A DNA stretch of 32,000 bases from Geotalea daltonii FRC-32 (GCF_000022265.1 NC_011979.1:2430001-2462000), one strand, 5' to 3'. Counted from the first letter of the stretch, positions 15,751 through 25,655 are shown. Made by a program: numbers and translations. The notes: a model not told the origin generated them from the sequence alone.

Positions 15751-16728
15751 ATGGCACGAACAAGAGATATTCTGAATCGGGAACTTCCCCCATGGCTTAA
15801 TGCGGTACTTGTTTTCGGCACCCTTGCCACGGTTGTCTATTTCGAGATCAAACGCCCGTTGCGCAAAATGCGCCAGGACAAGGTCACCCGCAACGCCAGG
15901 AACGTCTTCATGTCCTGGACGACGGCAGCGACCATTGCGCTGACGGAAAAGCCGGTAACGGCACCCCTGTCCCGGGCGGTGGAGCGCTATGGTTTCGGAT
16001 TGCTCAAACTTCGCCGGCTGCCGGTATGGGCTGATCTCCTTCTTTCCGTGGTGCTCCTTGACTACACGCTCTACATCTGGCACTACCTGACCCACAAGGT
16101 GCCGTTCCTCTGGAGATTCCATCTGGCCCACCACGTGGATATGGACCTGGATGCCTCGACGGCGCTCCGTTTCCATGCGGGAGAGATGCTCCTCTCGGTA
16201 CTGTGGCGGGCGACGCAGGTGGCGGTCCTGGGCATTTCTCCGCTGGGGCTTGCCCTTTGGCAGACACTGACTCTGATGGAGATCATGTTTCACCATTCCA
16301 ACGTGCGGCTATCTTACCCTGTGGAACGGCGACTGTGCCGCCTGATCGTCACTCCCCGCATGCACGGCATCCATCATTCCGTAGTACAGAAGGAAACCGA
16401 TTCCAACTGGTCGACTATCTTCAGTTGGCCGGACTATTTCCATGGCACCATCCGGCTGAACGTTCCCCAGGACAAGATCATCACTGGTGTCGCCGCTTAC
16501 CAGAACCCGGCAGAGCTGACAGTGGGGAAGATAATGAAGCTGCCCTTTACCGTTGACCGGCCGAGCTGGGTGGTTCCCCAACGCGGCCGGCCTCAACGGG
16601 AAGGACTGACCGATCCGGTGACCAGTTTGCTGCCTGAGGGGGCTGTATCGGTGTCAATCACCAATGCCCCGCTGGAAATTCCTCCGGCCCAACCTGTGCG
16701 AGCCGGCAAGAAAGAGGTTTATCCGTAG
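15751..16728 (+). CDS. Fatty acid hydroxylase / sterol desaturase-family membrane di-iron protein
   Basis: AGGAGG lies upstream. Histidine-box motifs are present: HYLTHK, HLAHHVD, HHSN and HGIHH. The N-terminal half is polytopic. Confidence 0.75.
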   Translation: MARTRDILNRELPPWLNAVLVFGTLATVVYFEIKRPLRKMRQDKVTRNARNVFMSWTTAATIALTEKPVTAPLSRAVERYGFGLLKLRRLPVWADLLLSVVLLDYTLYIWHYLTHKVPFLWRFHLAHHVDMDLDASTALRFHAGEMLLSVLWRATQVAVLGISPLGLALWQTLTLMEIMFHHSNVRLSYPVERRLCRLIVTPRMHGIHHSVVQKETDSNWSTIFSWPDYFHGTIRLNVPQDKIITGVAAYQNPAELTVGKIMKLPFTVDRPSWVVPQRGRPQREGLTDPVTSLLPEGAVSVSITNAPLEIPPAQPVRAGKKEVYP

Positions 16729-16901
16729 GCCCAAAAGACCTGGCCATCGTCACGATTGTTGTCGACGACTTCATTTCTTTTGACTTAGGTCAATGGTCAC
16801 AAGGAAAGGAGCGTCTATGATCCCTGTTACCAATTAAGCTCCGGTGGCAGTGCCGATCTGCCCTCTCCTAAAGACTTATTCATTGAAAGGATGTTTTATC
16901 C

Positions 16902-17612
16902 ATGGGACTCATTACCCGCAGTAGTTTTCAGCTCAGCCTGATCGTTCTCCTCATGATTCCCATGCCGGCACTGGCCATCTCTGCCATTACCTGCCATTGT
17001 TTCACCGATCGTTCCTATGATCCGGCACGCCCGACGGTAGCCGATCCCTATCTCCTGGCCACGACCCAGAACTCTTTTTTTGCTGCAGCATTCGGCGTGG
17101 ACAAAAAAACCATCGTGATGAAGAAGCAGAAGGGAACCTCTGCCGATGACCTGTGGATTGCCTACTGGCTTGGGGCCAGATCGGGGGCTGATCCGGGAAA
17201 TCTGTTGCAGGAGCGCAAAGTCAAAGGTTCGTGGCGGCTGGCGGCGACAGCACTGAATATTTCTGAAAAATCATTGGGGAGCAGGGTTGACGAGGCGCTG
17301 AAGGCCAACGCCCCTGACGAGAGGCTGGCCCGCATGGTGGTCGACGACCTGCTGCTGCGCTTCCGCTTTTATGACGAACCGGAATTGGCGGCATTGCGCA
17401 AGGCCGGTGCCGGGAATCAGGAACTGGTATTATCCGGTCTGATCGCTGCAAAAACCCATCAGTCGCCAATGCAGCTTTACCGTGATGTGAAAAAGGCTGC
17501 TACGAGCTGGGGGGCGCTTCTGCAGCAGGCAAAAATAGATAATTCGGAGATCCCGTCCGAGGTCACGGCGCTGGTCATGGCCACCAACGGTTCCAGAGCC
17601 AAAAAGGAATAA
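16902..17612 (+). CDS. Secreted hypothetical protein with an N-proximal CHC motif
   Basis: A signal peptide ...LLMIPMPALA is followed by ISAITCHCFTDRSYDP. I recognise no domain. Coding is supported by length and codon style only. Confidence 0.5.
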   Translation: MGLITRSSFQLSLIVLLMIPMPALAISAITCHCFTDRSYDPARPTVADPYLLATTQNSFFAAAFGVDKKTIVMKKQKGTSADDLWIAYWLGARSGADPGNLLQERKVKGSWRLAATALNISEKSLGSRVDEALKANAPDERLARMVVDDLLLRFRFYDEPELAALRKAGAGNQELVLSGLIAAKTHQSPMQLYRDVKKAATSWGALLQQAKIDNSEIPSEVTALVMATNGSRAKKE

Positions 17613-17813
17613 TTGTTGATAACCGCAAGTGAAATAGTCGCAACGGCAGCCATCTGGAGTCTGACGGCGATTGGTGGGTTCTTCTGCATCCGTCGCACAC
17701 TGTGCAGCATGAAAGCGAGACGTTCTGGCAAAGAACAGCCCTTCCATTAACAGCAGGACGGATCGTAGCTCAGAATATGGTAGCAGTTACCATTGATACA
17801 AAGGAGAATGATC

Positions 17814-18455
17814 ATGACTGGATCAACGTTTGGATTGATAAAGGCCCTTAGAGCCATGACTATGGTGGCAGCACTGGTGTTTGGGGGCTATGGCCTTGCC
17901 TCTGCCCACTGCGATACCATGGATGGCCCGGTCGTGCAGGATGCGCGCAAAGCATTGGCTGCCGGAGATGTCACGCCGGTACTCAAATGGGTGCAGGAAA
18001 AGGATGAGAAAAGTATAAAAGCCGCCTTCAATAAGGCGTTTGCCGCCCAGGGAAAGAAACAGCAACAAGCCGAAGAAAAGAGGTTTTTCGAATCGCTGGT
18101 GGGCATCCATCGAGCCGGAGAGGGAGCACCCTTCACCGGACTTAAACCTGCAGGCGAAGTGGAACCGGTTATAGCCGAGGCTGACAAGGCGCTGGCTGGT
18201 GGGTCTCCCGACGGACTTGTCGGGATGGTCAACGATGCAGTAAGCCAGGGCATCCGCCAGCGTTACGGAAAAGCCGCCGAAGCATCTAAGCATAAGGATG
18301 AGAGCGTCCAGAAGGGGCGCGAGTATGTGGCGGCCTATGTGGAATATACCCATTATCTGGAGCGGCTGCAGAATTCTGCCGAAGGGCATACGGCCCATGA
18401 CAATGATGCCGCTGGCAAGAAACATGCGGCTCCAGCGCATAAGCACGGACATTGA
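17814..18455 (+). CDS. Secreted protein with a mature N-terminus HCDTMDGPV and a His-rich tail (DUF6448-like)
   Basis: AAGGAG (17801-17806) lies 7 nt before ATG 17814. The signal peptide ends ...GLASA, followed by HCDTMDGPVV. The C-terminus is HTAHDNDAAGKKHAAPAHKHGH. Confidence 0.55.
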   Translation: MTGSTFGLIKALRAMTMVAALVFGGYGLASAHCDTMDGPVVQDARKALAAGDVTPVLKWVQEKDEKSIKAAFNKAFAAQGKKQQQAEEKRFFESLVGIHRAGEGAPFTGLKPAGEVEPVIAEADKALAGGSPDGLVGMVNDAVSQGIRQRYGKAAEASKHKDESVQKGREYVAAYVEYTHYLERLQNSAEGHTAHDNDAAGKKHAAPAHKHGH

Positions 18456-18570
18456 TCGAAGGCCGGGGCCGGATTCATTCGTCGGGAAATGAGGGAATGG
18501 AGATGGACCTGCTTCTGCAGCAGCTAATGGGGGCGCTTCGCTATAACGGCTTTTCCCGAATGTATTGGTT

Positions 18571-19023
18571 TTATTCCCGTGGGATATTGTCATTCACTAT
18601 CTTCGGAAACCGCACCACGCCGAACCAGAAGTCCTGAATCCCCTGGACTACCTTGTAAGTCTGATCCAGCTCCATGGGCTTGGTGATGTAGCAGTTGGCG
18701 TGGGAATCGTAACTCTTTTTCACGTCTTCTTCCGATTCCGAGGTGGTCAGCACAATAACCGGTATGGCTTTCAGGTTGGGATCACCTTTCACTTCTTCCA
18801 GCACTGCCCGCCCGTCTTTTTTCGGCAGGTTGAGATCCAGCAGAATAATGTCCGGCCGTGGGGCGTTTTCGTAACTTCCCTTCCTGTGGAGAAATTCCAT
18901 GGCCTCCAGGCCATTGGCTACCACATTGACCTTGTTGCGATAAGGACTCTCCTGAAATACCTCCTGCAGCAGGAAAGCATCCGCTTCATTGTCTTCCACA
19001 AGCAATATTTCCACGATCTTCAT
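18571..19023 (-). CDS. Single-domain response regulator (CheY-like receiver)
   Basis: Receiver motifs are present: LLVEDNEADAFL, the phospho-acceptor context IILLDLNLPKKDG, VIVLTTS and ITKP. It overlaps the upstream kinase stop by 4 nt. Confidence 0.85.
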   Translation of the reverse strand: MKIVEILLVEDNEADAFLLQEVFQESPYRNKVNVVANGLEAMEFLHRKGSYENAPRPDIILLDLNLPKKDGRAVLEEVKGDPNLKAIPVIVLTTSESEEDVKKSYDSHANCYITKPMELDQTYKVVQGIQDFWFGVVRFPKIVNDNIPRE

Positions 19024-21404
19024 CTGGTCCCTCCACGGGCAGGAATAGTGAAATAAAAGGTCGATCCTTCGTCAAGCCGGGACTCAACCCAGATTCTTCC
19101 CCCATGCAATTCGACGATCTTGCGGCAGATGGCGAGCCCGATACCGGTGCCGGGATGTTCAGACCGGGCATGCAGCCGTTGAAAGATGACGAATATCTTG
19201 TCGAAGTAAAGGGGGTCTATGCCGACACCGTTGTCACGGACGCTGAAACACCATGCATCTGCGAGGCGCTCTGCAGAGATGCGGATCAGAGGCGCCACAT
19301 GGCTTTTCCCGAATTTCACGGCATTGCAGAGCAGATTTTGCAGAAGCTGCACCAGTTGTCCCTTATTACCATGGACTTCAGGCATGGCATCAAGGACAAT
19401 GACTGCGTGGCTTTCCTCTATCAACTGCCGCAGGTTGTCCATGGCCTCTTCGGCAATGGCCAGCATGGAGACCGGCTTGAATTCCCCTGCCGCCACCCCG
19501 AGCTCGGAATAGGCCAACAGGTCGTTGACCAGCGCATGTATGCGATTGGCTCCCTCCATGGCAAAGCGAATGTATTTGTCCGCCTTCTCGTCAATATGTC
19601 CCTCATATTTTCGGGCAAAGAGATCCATGTACCTGGTCACGTTGCGGAGCGGTTCCTGCAGGTCGTGGGATGCCACATAGGCAAACTGTTGCAGCTCACG
19701 GTTTGTCCGTTCCAGGGCTTTCACGGTCTCTTTCAGATCTTCCTCCGCTCTTTTCCTTTCGGAGATGTCGCGGACTATCTTTGAGACTCCCACGATCCTG
19801 CCGGTGGCATTTCTAATGGGAGACATGGTGAGAAAAACAAAGATTCTCTCGCCCTGCTTGGTGATACGTACTGTCTCGAAGTGGTCCTGAATGCCCTGCT
19901 TCATTTTGCGCGTCATTTCCTCAAGCTCGCCGGCTAGTTCCGGCGGGACTACAATGGAGATGTGTTTGCCGATAATTTCGTCGGCCGAATAACCATAGAG
20001 TTTCTCCGCCCCCTTATTCCATGTCTGGACGATGCCGTTCAGGTCCTCGCTGAAAACCGCGTCTTCAGCCCCCTGGACGATAGCGGCAAGGCGGGACATG
20101 GCTTCTTCTGCCCGTTTGCGCTCGGTTATTTCAACCACATAAGTCCCTACAGCTACAGGTTTTTTGGTTGAAGCGAACACCGGAAAGAAACCTGTAAGCC
20201 AATGGCGGGTAATACCTGGTTCTTTGGGGGTCTCACCTGAAATTTCCGTCTCCACTGCTTCACCTGAATCGAACACCTGGACAAGAATGGGGTCAACTAT
20301 CCGCGCATTGACCGGGAGAACCTCCCCAATGGTTTTCCCCAGGGTCTGCTCCTCGGATAAGCCGTTTATCTGGCAGAGGGCCTTGTTCACCCGCAGATAC
20401 CGGTGCTGGTTATCAAAGAAGGCGAAGCCGATAGGAGCATGTCTAAGGAGGGACTCAAGTTCCTCTGTCCTTGACCGCAAAGCTTCTGCTACCCGTTCGC
20501 GATCGCTCAGATCATGGAAAAAAACTGCGATGCCGTCCACATAAGGGTGAACATAGACATCCAGTAATTTGCCGTAGCACAGGTAGTATTCCTCGAAATG
20601 TACCGACCTGTTTTCCTCCATGGCCGACCGATACGCATTCTCGATCCTTGAACCAGGCGCTTGTGGCACTATTTCCCAGTAAGTCTGCCCGATCAGCTGT
20701 TCCGCCTTCAACCCGGAAAGCTCCTCCGCTTTGCGGTTGAAGTCGGTGACACGCCAGTCACGGTCTATGGCGATGAACCCGTCGGAGGTGCTGTCCAGAA
20801 TCCTGCTGATCCGTTCCTTGGCGCTCTTGAGATCGTCAATGTCGGTTGATGTGCCGTACCACCTGATGATCTTTCCGGCAGGGTCGTGCACGGGAACGGC
20901 CCGGCACAGATACCAGCGGTAGATGCCGTCATGTCGCCTGAAGCGATGCTCGATCTGGTACTGGTTACCGGTCTGCATCGCCTCTCGCCAGATAGTTTCC
21001 GTTGCGGCACGGTCTTCGGGATGGATGCAAGAGGAATCGTCGTATGTTTCCAGCCCGGTAAACTCTTTAAAGATCTTGTTCACATAATCAACCGTGCCGT
21101 CAGGCTTGGCAGTCCAGACAAAGCTGGGCATGGAATCGGCAATGAGGCGGAACCTCTCCTCGCCGGCAAGAGAAGCCTCCTTCAGCCGCTTCGAGTACCT
21201 GATGATCAGCAGGTAAAGAAGTGCTGCTGAAAGTAAAACAAACGCTTCACCCTTATAGAAGGAGAGACTTTCCCTGAGCTGCGGGTCGATATTCACGAAC
21301 AGCAGCCTATCGGAGGTGTATATCCAAAGGGTGCTGAAAATGATATAGATCGACACGATCAGCAAGACCTGGATCTGCTCTGACTTACATAGTATACATT
21401 TCAT
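19020..21404 (-). CDS. Membrane-anchored multi-PAS sensor histidine kinase
   Basis: Two N-terminal TM segments are followed by about four PAS-like repeats (RFRLIADSMPSFVW, ISRILDSTSDGFIAID, LLRHAPIGFAFFD, LAAIVQGAEDAVFSED). The H-box is VASHDLQEPLR. ATPase boxes are LLCNAVKF, DNGVGI and GTGIGLAICRKIVELHGG. Confidence 0.85.
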   Translation of the reverse strand: MKCILCKSEQIQVLLIVSIYIIFSTLWIYTSDRLLFVNIDPQLRESLSFYKGEAFVLLSAALLYLLIIRYSKRLKEASLAGEERFRLIADSMPSFVWTAKPDGTVDYVNKIFKEFTGLETYDDSSCIHPEDRAATETIWREAMQTGNQYQIEHRFRRHDGIYRWYLCRAVPVHDPAGKIIRWYGTSTDIDDLKSAKERISRILDSTSDGFIAIDRDWRVTDFNRKAEELSGLKAEQLIGQTYWEIVPQAPGSRIENAYRSAMEENRSVHFEEYYLCYGKLLDVYVHPYVDGIAVFFHDLSDRERVAEALRSRTEELESLLRHAPIGFAFFDNQHRYLRVNKALCQINGLSEEQTLGKTIGEVLPVNARIVDPILVQVFDSGEAVETEISGETPKEPGITRHWLTGFFPVFASTKKPVAVGTYVVEITERKRAEEAMSRLAAIVQGAEDAVFSEDLNGIVQTWNKGAEKLYGYSADEIIGKHISIVVPPELAGELEEMTRKMKQGIQDHFETVRITKQGERIFVFLTMSPIRNATGRIVGVSKIVRDISERKRAEEDLKETVKALERTNRELQQFAYVASHDLQEPLRNVTRYMDLFARKYEGHIDEKADKYIRFAMEGANRIHALVNDLLAYSELGVAAGEFKPVSMLAIAEEAMDNLRQLIEESHAVIVLDAMPEVHGNKGQLVQLLQNLLCNAVKFGKSHVAPLIRISAERLADAWCFSVRDNGVGIDPLYFDKIFVIFQRLHARSEHPGTGIGLAICRKIVELHGGRIWVESRLDEGSTFYFTIPARGGTR

Positions 21405-21650
21405 ACGATGATGGTCCTAAAGACATCATTCTTGTATGGGTGACCATTAACTTAAATTGTATCACATGTGTCCGGAGGCGATTCAGGACAGGAAACGGGA
21501 AAAGGAGGGCTGGTAGGACGGCAGGTGGGCGGCAATTTTTCCTGAAATGGCACAGGAGTGGAAAAGGGGTGTTACACTTAAAATATCGACCATACATTAT
21601 GCATGGGCCGGTTCAGGGAGATACCCGATAAATGGGAAAGGGGAGGCGAC

Positions 21651-22190
21651 ATGCGCGAATGGAATGCGGTCGTTACTGTTCATGAGGGTGGATTTACCGA
21701 GGCACGGCGGCTTCTCGAACAACACGGCCCCGTTGCCAAGTCCGATTTTTTCAATATTCTGCTTATGCGAGCTACCGATCCTTTCCAGGTTCTGGCAGCC
21801 CTCCATGGGCAGTTTGCCGACAACCGGGCCATTGCCACCTGCATTTCCCGATTCATGCCCATGGAGCGGCTGTTCACATTCCAGTCAGCGGCAGAGTTCG
21901 AGCAGCGCTGCCGTCATGAGGTGCTTTCCTTTATCCCCCGCCTGGTAGATTCCAGGTTTCATGTGCGCATGCACCGGCGCGGTTTCAAGGGGAAGCTCTC
22001 CAGCATGGATGAAGAACGCTTTCTCGATGAATTTCTTCTGCAGCAGCTTGCCGAAGCCGGTACCAGCGGCAAGATTACCTTCGATGATCCCGATGCGGTC
22101 ATTGCCCTGGAAACGGTGGGGACCCAGGGAGGACTTTCCCTTTTCACCAAGGCGCAACTGGCACAATTTCCCCTTTTGCATCTGGACTGA
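21651..22190 (+). CDS. Stand-alone THUMP-domain protein
   Basis: GGGGAGG precedes ATG 21651. FHVRMHRRGFKGKLSSMDEERFLDEFLL...ITFDDPDAVIALETVG fits the THUMP pattern. The ORF-track start at 21603 lacks a ribosome-binding site. Confidence 0.55.
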   Translation: MREWNAVVTVHEGGFTEARRLLEQHGPVAKSDFFNILLMRATDPFQVLAALHGQFADNRAIATCISRFMPMERLFTFQSAAEFEQRCRHEVLSFIPRLVDSRFHVRMHRRGFKGKLSSMDEERFLDEFLLQQLAEAGTSGKITFDDPDAVIALETVGTQGGLSLFTKAQLAQFPLLHLD

Positions 22191-22286
22191 CCTTGTCACC
22201 ACATCACAATGTTTTTAATTTCTGGCTTCGGCAAAATGTAGTATAAAGATGCCCTCCCGATAATGTGCCGGCGGTAAAGGATATCT

Positions 22287-22649
22287 ATGCTTGAAAATTT
22301 AACTATTATTCTTCTCTGTCAACTCATCGGCGAGGTCATAACAAGGATGGGCAAGCTGCCTGTACCGGGCCCAGTGCTCGGCATGGTGATTCTCTTCGGC
22401 GGGCTGATGATACGCAACAAAATGCCCCAGGAACTGGAATCGGTGGGAGGTTTTCTGCTGCGTTACCTGTCGCTGCTCTTCGTTCCGGCGGGGGTCGGAA
22501 TCATTACCAATCTGGACCTGCTGGTCAGATCCTGGGCTCCCATCGCAGGCGCCATAATCGTCGGGACCATGGTTACCATTGCCGTGACCGGTCTCGTCAT
22601 GCAGTACCTGAACCGCAGGCAGAACGTCCGCAGGGAGACCCGCCAATGA
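22287..22649 (+). CDS. lrgA: CidA/LrgA-family holin-like membrane protein
   Basis: The 120-aa product has four hydrophobic segments. The N-terminus LLCQLIGEVI....LPVPGPVLGMVILF is typical of LrgA. It is coupled to lrgB by an ATGA overlap. Confidence 0.8.
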   Translation: MLENLTIILLCQLIGEVITRMGKLPVPGPVLGMVILFGGLMIRNKMPQELESVGGFLLRYLSLLFVPAGVGIITNLDLLVRSWAPIAGAIIVGTMVTIAVTGLVMQYLNRRQNVRRETRQ

Positions 22650-23365
22650 ACGGGGATATGAGGGAATTATGGGTTTACCTGTCGACGACGCCGCTGCTCT
22701 GGCTGACTTTGACTCTCATCGCTTACCAGTTGGGAGGCTGGCTGTTTCGCCGTTTCGGCTCACCTCCTGTCCTCAATCCGGTACTGACTGCGGTCGTGCT
22801 TCTGGTCCTTTTGCTCAAGACCAGCGGGACCGATTACCAGACCTATTTCCGGGGCGCCCAGTTCATACATTTTCTTCTCGGACCAGCCACCGTTGCCCTG
22901 GCGATCCCCCTTTACCGGGAGGTTCATGCCGTAAAAAGCGCCTTTCTGCCCATTGCGCTGGCTTTGCTGATCGGCGCTCTTACTGGCATTTTCAGCGCCG
23001 TTGGCATCGGCTGGCTCCTGGGAGGGGAGAAGACCATTCTCCTGACGCTGGCTCCCAAATCGGTTACCACCCCCATTGCCATGGGTATTTCGGAAAAGAT
23101 CGGCGGCCTGCCTTCTCTGACAGCAGTGGTGGTGGTATTGACCGGTATTGCCGGGGCGGTGATCGGTGACGTTGTCCTCAATAAAATGAGGATCAAGGAC
23201 GAAATGGCCCGCGGTATGGCACTGGGCGTGGCTTCACACGGCATCGGCACGGCCCATGCCATTCAGAGGGGAAGGGTGGCGGGTGCTTTCTCTGCCTTGG
23301 CCATGGCCCTGAACGGACTGCTGACGGCCATCATTCTGCCGTTCATTGCCCCTTTTTTGCGTTGA
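22646..23365 (+). CDS. lrgB: LrgB-family membrane protein
   Basis: The 239-aa product is polytopic and carries LAPKSVTTPIAMGISEKIGG and GVASHGIGTA motifs typical of LrgB. Confidence 0.8.
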   Translation: MNGDMRELWVYLSTTPLLWLTLTLIAYQLGGWLFRRFGSPPVLNPVLTAVVLLVLLLKTSGTDYQTYFRGAQFIHFLLGPATVALAIPLYREVHAVKSAFLPIALALLIGALTGIFSAVGIGWLLGGEKTILLTLAPKSVTTPIAMGISEKIGGLPSLTAVVVVLTGIAGAVIGDVVLNKMRIKDEMARGMALGVASHGIGTAHAIQRGRVAGAFSALAMALNGLLTAIILPFIAPFLR

Positions 23366-23401
23366 GATAAAGGCCAGGCAGGAAATGGAGAAACTGAAAA
23401 G

Positions 23402-23911
23402 ATGAATCTGGTGCTTATAGGATATCGGGGAACGGGTAAAAGTCTTGTTTCGAAGCTGCTGGCGGAGCGCCTGCACATGTCGCTTTTCAGTTCCGATGAG
23501 GAAGTGGTGAGAAGGGCGGGCATGCCCATTTCCGAGATAGTCGCCAAACTGGGCTGGACCGGGTTTCGTGATATGGAATCCGAAGTGGCGCGGCAGTTGG
23601 GCGCTCTGGACAATGCCGTCATCGACACCGGCGGCGGGATCATCGAGCGCAGTGAAAATGTGGATGCTCTGGCGGGAAATGCCCGCATCATCTGGCTCAA
23701 AGCCTCGGTCGACACCATCGTCTCCCGCATCGAAACCGACACCGAACGCCCTGCTCTGACCGAAGGCAAGACCTTTACCGAGGAAGTTGCGGAAATCCTC
23801 CAGCGGAGAAATCCCCTCTACCAGAAGACCGCTCACTACACCATCGATACCGACAGCCTCACTCCGGATCAAATTGCCGACCAAGTCCTGTCCTTCTGGA
23901 GCAGCCGGTGA
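23402..23911 (+). CDS. aroK: Shikimate kinase
   Basis: A P-loop LIGYRGTGKS is present, then DSD/E, FRDMES (shikimate-binding region) and DTGGG. The size is about 169 aa. Confidence 0.8.
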   Translation: MNLVLIGYRGTGKSLVSKLLAERLHMSLFSSDEEVVRRAGMPISEIVAKLGWTGFRDMESEVARQLGALDNAVIDTGGGIIERSENVDALAGNARIIWLKASVDTIVSRIETDTERPALTEGKTFTEEVAEILQRRNPLYQKTAHYTIDTDSLTPDQIADQVLSFWSSR

Positions 23912-23952
23912 ACCGGCTGTGAGATCGCTGTGTTCCAATGGGCATTGATTTC

Positions 23953-23981
23953 TTGACTATATCCGAAAACGTGGATATAGT
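23953..23981 (+). promoter_or_regulatory. Sigma-70 promoter with overlapping palindromic operator; leaderless arsR
   Basis: The promoter is TTGACT (23953-23958), a 17-nt spacer and TATAGT (23976-23981). A perfect 9-bp inverted repeat, ACTATATCC (23956-23964) and GGATATAGT (23973-23981), spans it. ATG 23988 lies 6 nt after the -10 and has no SD. Confidence 0.55.
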
Positions 23982-23987
23982 TTCGCC

Positions 23988-24329
23988 ATGGAAAAGATAG
24001 CTGTCGTTTTTCAATCCCTCGACGATGTAACCCGCCTCCGCATTCTGGCCCTCCTTCTCAAGGAGAGTGAATTATGCGTCTGCGATCTTGTAGCGGTTTT
24101 ACAGCTTCCCCAGTCCACGGTATCCAGACATTTATCCCTTTTGAAAAATTCGGGCTGGCTGACAGACCGGCGTCATGGGCTGTGGATTTATTATTCCATC
24201 AACCGCTCCCTGGCCCCTGTCCAGCAATTCCTCGTTCCGGTTCTGGTGAACTTCGTCTCCTCATCCCAGACGGCAAAGGACGATCTGGATCGCCTGGAAA
24301 ATCTGAGCCGGGGGAACTGCTGCGCCTGA
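23988..24329 (+). CDS. arsR: ArsR/SmtB-family metalloregulator (arsenite-responsive type)
   Basis: A winged-helix protein carrying the ELCVCDL metal(loid)-binding motif and the QSTVSRHLSLL recognition helix. It lies directly upstream of acr3. Confidence 0.85.
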   Translation: MEKIAVVFQSLDDVTRLRILALLLKESELCVCDLVAVLQLPQSTVSRHLSLLKNSGWLTDRRHGLWIYYSINRSLAPVQQFLVPVLVNFVSSSQTAKDDLDRLENLSRGNCCA

Positions 24330-24391
24330 TAAATCCATAACAACGGATATAGCGTCTTGTTTTTGAATGACATTTTACGGAGGAGCAGAAG

Positions 24392-25435
24392 ATGACTGAA
24401 CATGTGTCGAAGAAACTCTCATTCCTTGACCGCTGGCTGACGGTATGGATTTTTGCCGCCATGATCGCCGGGGTGGGGATCGGTTACCTGGTGCCCGGGG
24501 TGGAATCGTTCATCAACGGTTTCCAGGTGGGGACCACCAATCTTCCCATTGCCGTCGGCCTGATCCTGATGATGTATCCACCCTTTGCCAAGGTGAAGTA
24601 TGAAGAGATGCCCGAGGTGTTTCGCAACAAGAAGGTGCTCGGACTTTCCCTGGTGCAGAACTGGCTGATCGGGCCGGTGCTCATGTTCGTGCTGGCGGTT
24701 GTTTTCCTGCCTGACAAGCCCGAGTACATGGTAGGCCTGATCATGATCGGCCTGGCCAGATGCATTGCCATGGTCATCGTCTGGAACGAGCTGGCCAAAG
24801 GCAACACCGAGTATGCCGCCGGCCTGGTCGCCTTCAACAGCATCTTCCAGGTGCTCTTCTACAGCGTCTATGCCTGGTTTTTCATTACCATCCTGCCGCC
24901 GATGATCGGTCTCTCCGGCAGTGTGGTCCAGGTGAGCATCCGCCAGATTGCCGAGAGTGTCTTTATCTACCTGGGTATTCCCTGTATCGCCGGCGCCCTG
25001 ACCAGGCTGATCGGCGTCAAGGTGATGGGTAAGGAGCGCTACCACCGTGAGTTCGTGCCAAAGATCAGCCCTATTACCCTGATTGCGCTGCTCTTCACCA
25101 TCGTCGTCATGTTCAGCCTCAAGGGAAAGCTGATCGTGGAAATCCCCACCGATGTCCTGCGCATCGCCGTGCCGCTCCTTATCTACTTCGTGGTGATGTT
25201 CCTGGTTTCTTTCTGGATGGGCAAAAGGATGGGCGCCGATTACAGCAAAACGACAACTCTGGCCTTTACCGCCGCCAGTAACAACTTCGAACTGGCCATC
25301 GCCGTGGCCGTGGCGGTCTTCGGTATCAATTCCGGCACCGCCTTTGCCGCCGTCATCGGCCCGCTGGTGGAAGTGCCGGTGATGATCGCCCTGGTCAATG
25401 TGGCCTTCTGGTTCCAGCGGCGGATGTTTGCCTGA
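24392..25435 (+). CDS. acr3: ACR3-family arsenite efflux permease
   Basis: GGAGGAG lies upstream. The 347-aa, ~10-TM product carries [22 protein letters not shown] (conserved Cys context) and [12 protein letters not shown]. Confidence 0.9.
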   Translation: MTEHVSKKLSFLDRWLTVWIFAAMIAGVGIGYLVPGVESFINGFQVGTTNLPIAVGLILMMYPPFAKVKYEEMPEVFRNKKVLGLSLVQNWLIGPVLMFVLAVVFLPDKPEYMVGLIMIGLARCIAMVIVWNELAKGNTEYAAGLVAFNSIFQVLFYSVYAWFFITILPPMIGLSGSVVQVSIRQIAESVFIYLGIPCIAGALTRLIGVKVMGKERYHREFVPKISPITLIALLFTIVVMFSLKGKLIVEIPTDVLRIAVPLLIYFVVMFLVSFWMGKRMGADYSKTTTLAFTAASNNFELAIAVAVAVFGINSGTAFAAVIGPLVEVPVMIALVNVAFWFQRRMFA

Positions 25436-25655
25436 TGCCGATGCCAGGATAAATTCTTGTAAGAAAAAGCCCGCATCTTTGCTGATATATGTAGCAAATT
25501 ATACTTGGTTCCGATCGTCGCGATTCGAGAAAAGGTAAGCAGAATGCCCAACCAGTGCCTTAGACGCCGACCGAGGCTGAGAAGCGCCCCGGCGCGTCAA
25601 GGCCCGAACCGTTGAACAAAAACAAATTAAATGAAAGGCATTGCAAGTGCCATAT

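Noticed and set aside
17765-17786. A tRNA-like D-arm string GTAGCTCAGAATATGGTAGCAG.
   Set aside because: The D-stem halves are not complementary (GCTC versus GCAG). No T-loop GTTCRAnnC, anticodon arm or acceptor pairing follows. The string overlaps the RBS region of the next gene.
17823-18593. A 256-aa minus-strand ORF opposite the HCDTMDGPV protein gene.
   Set aside because: It is an antisense shadow ORF. The + strand frame has an SD, a signal peptide and a conserved-looking motif, and the minus frame has none of these.
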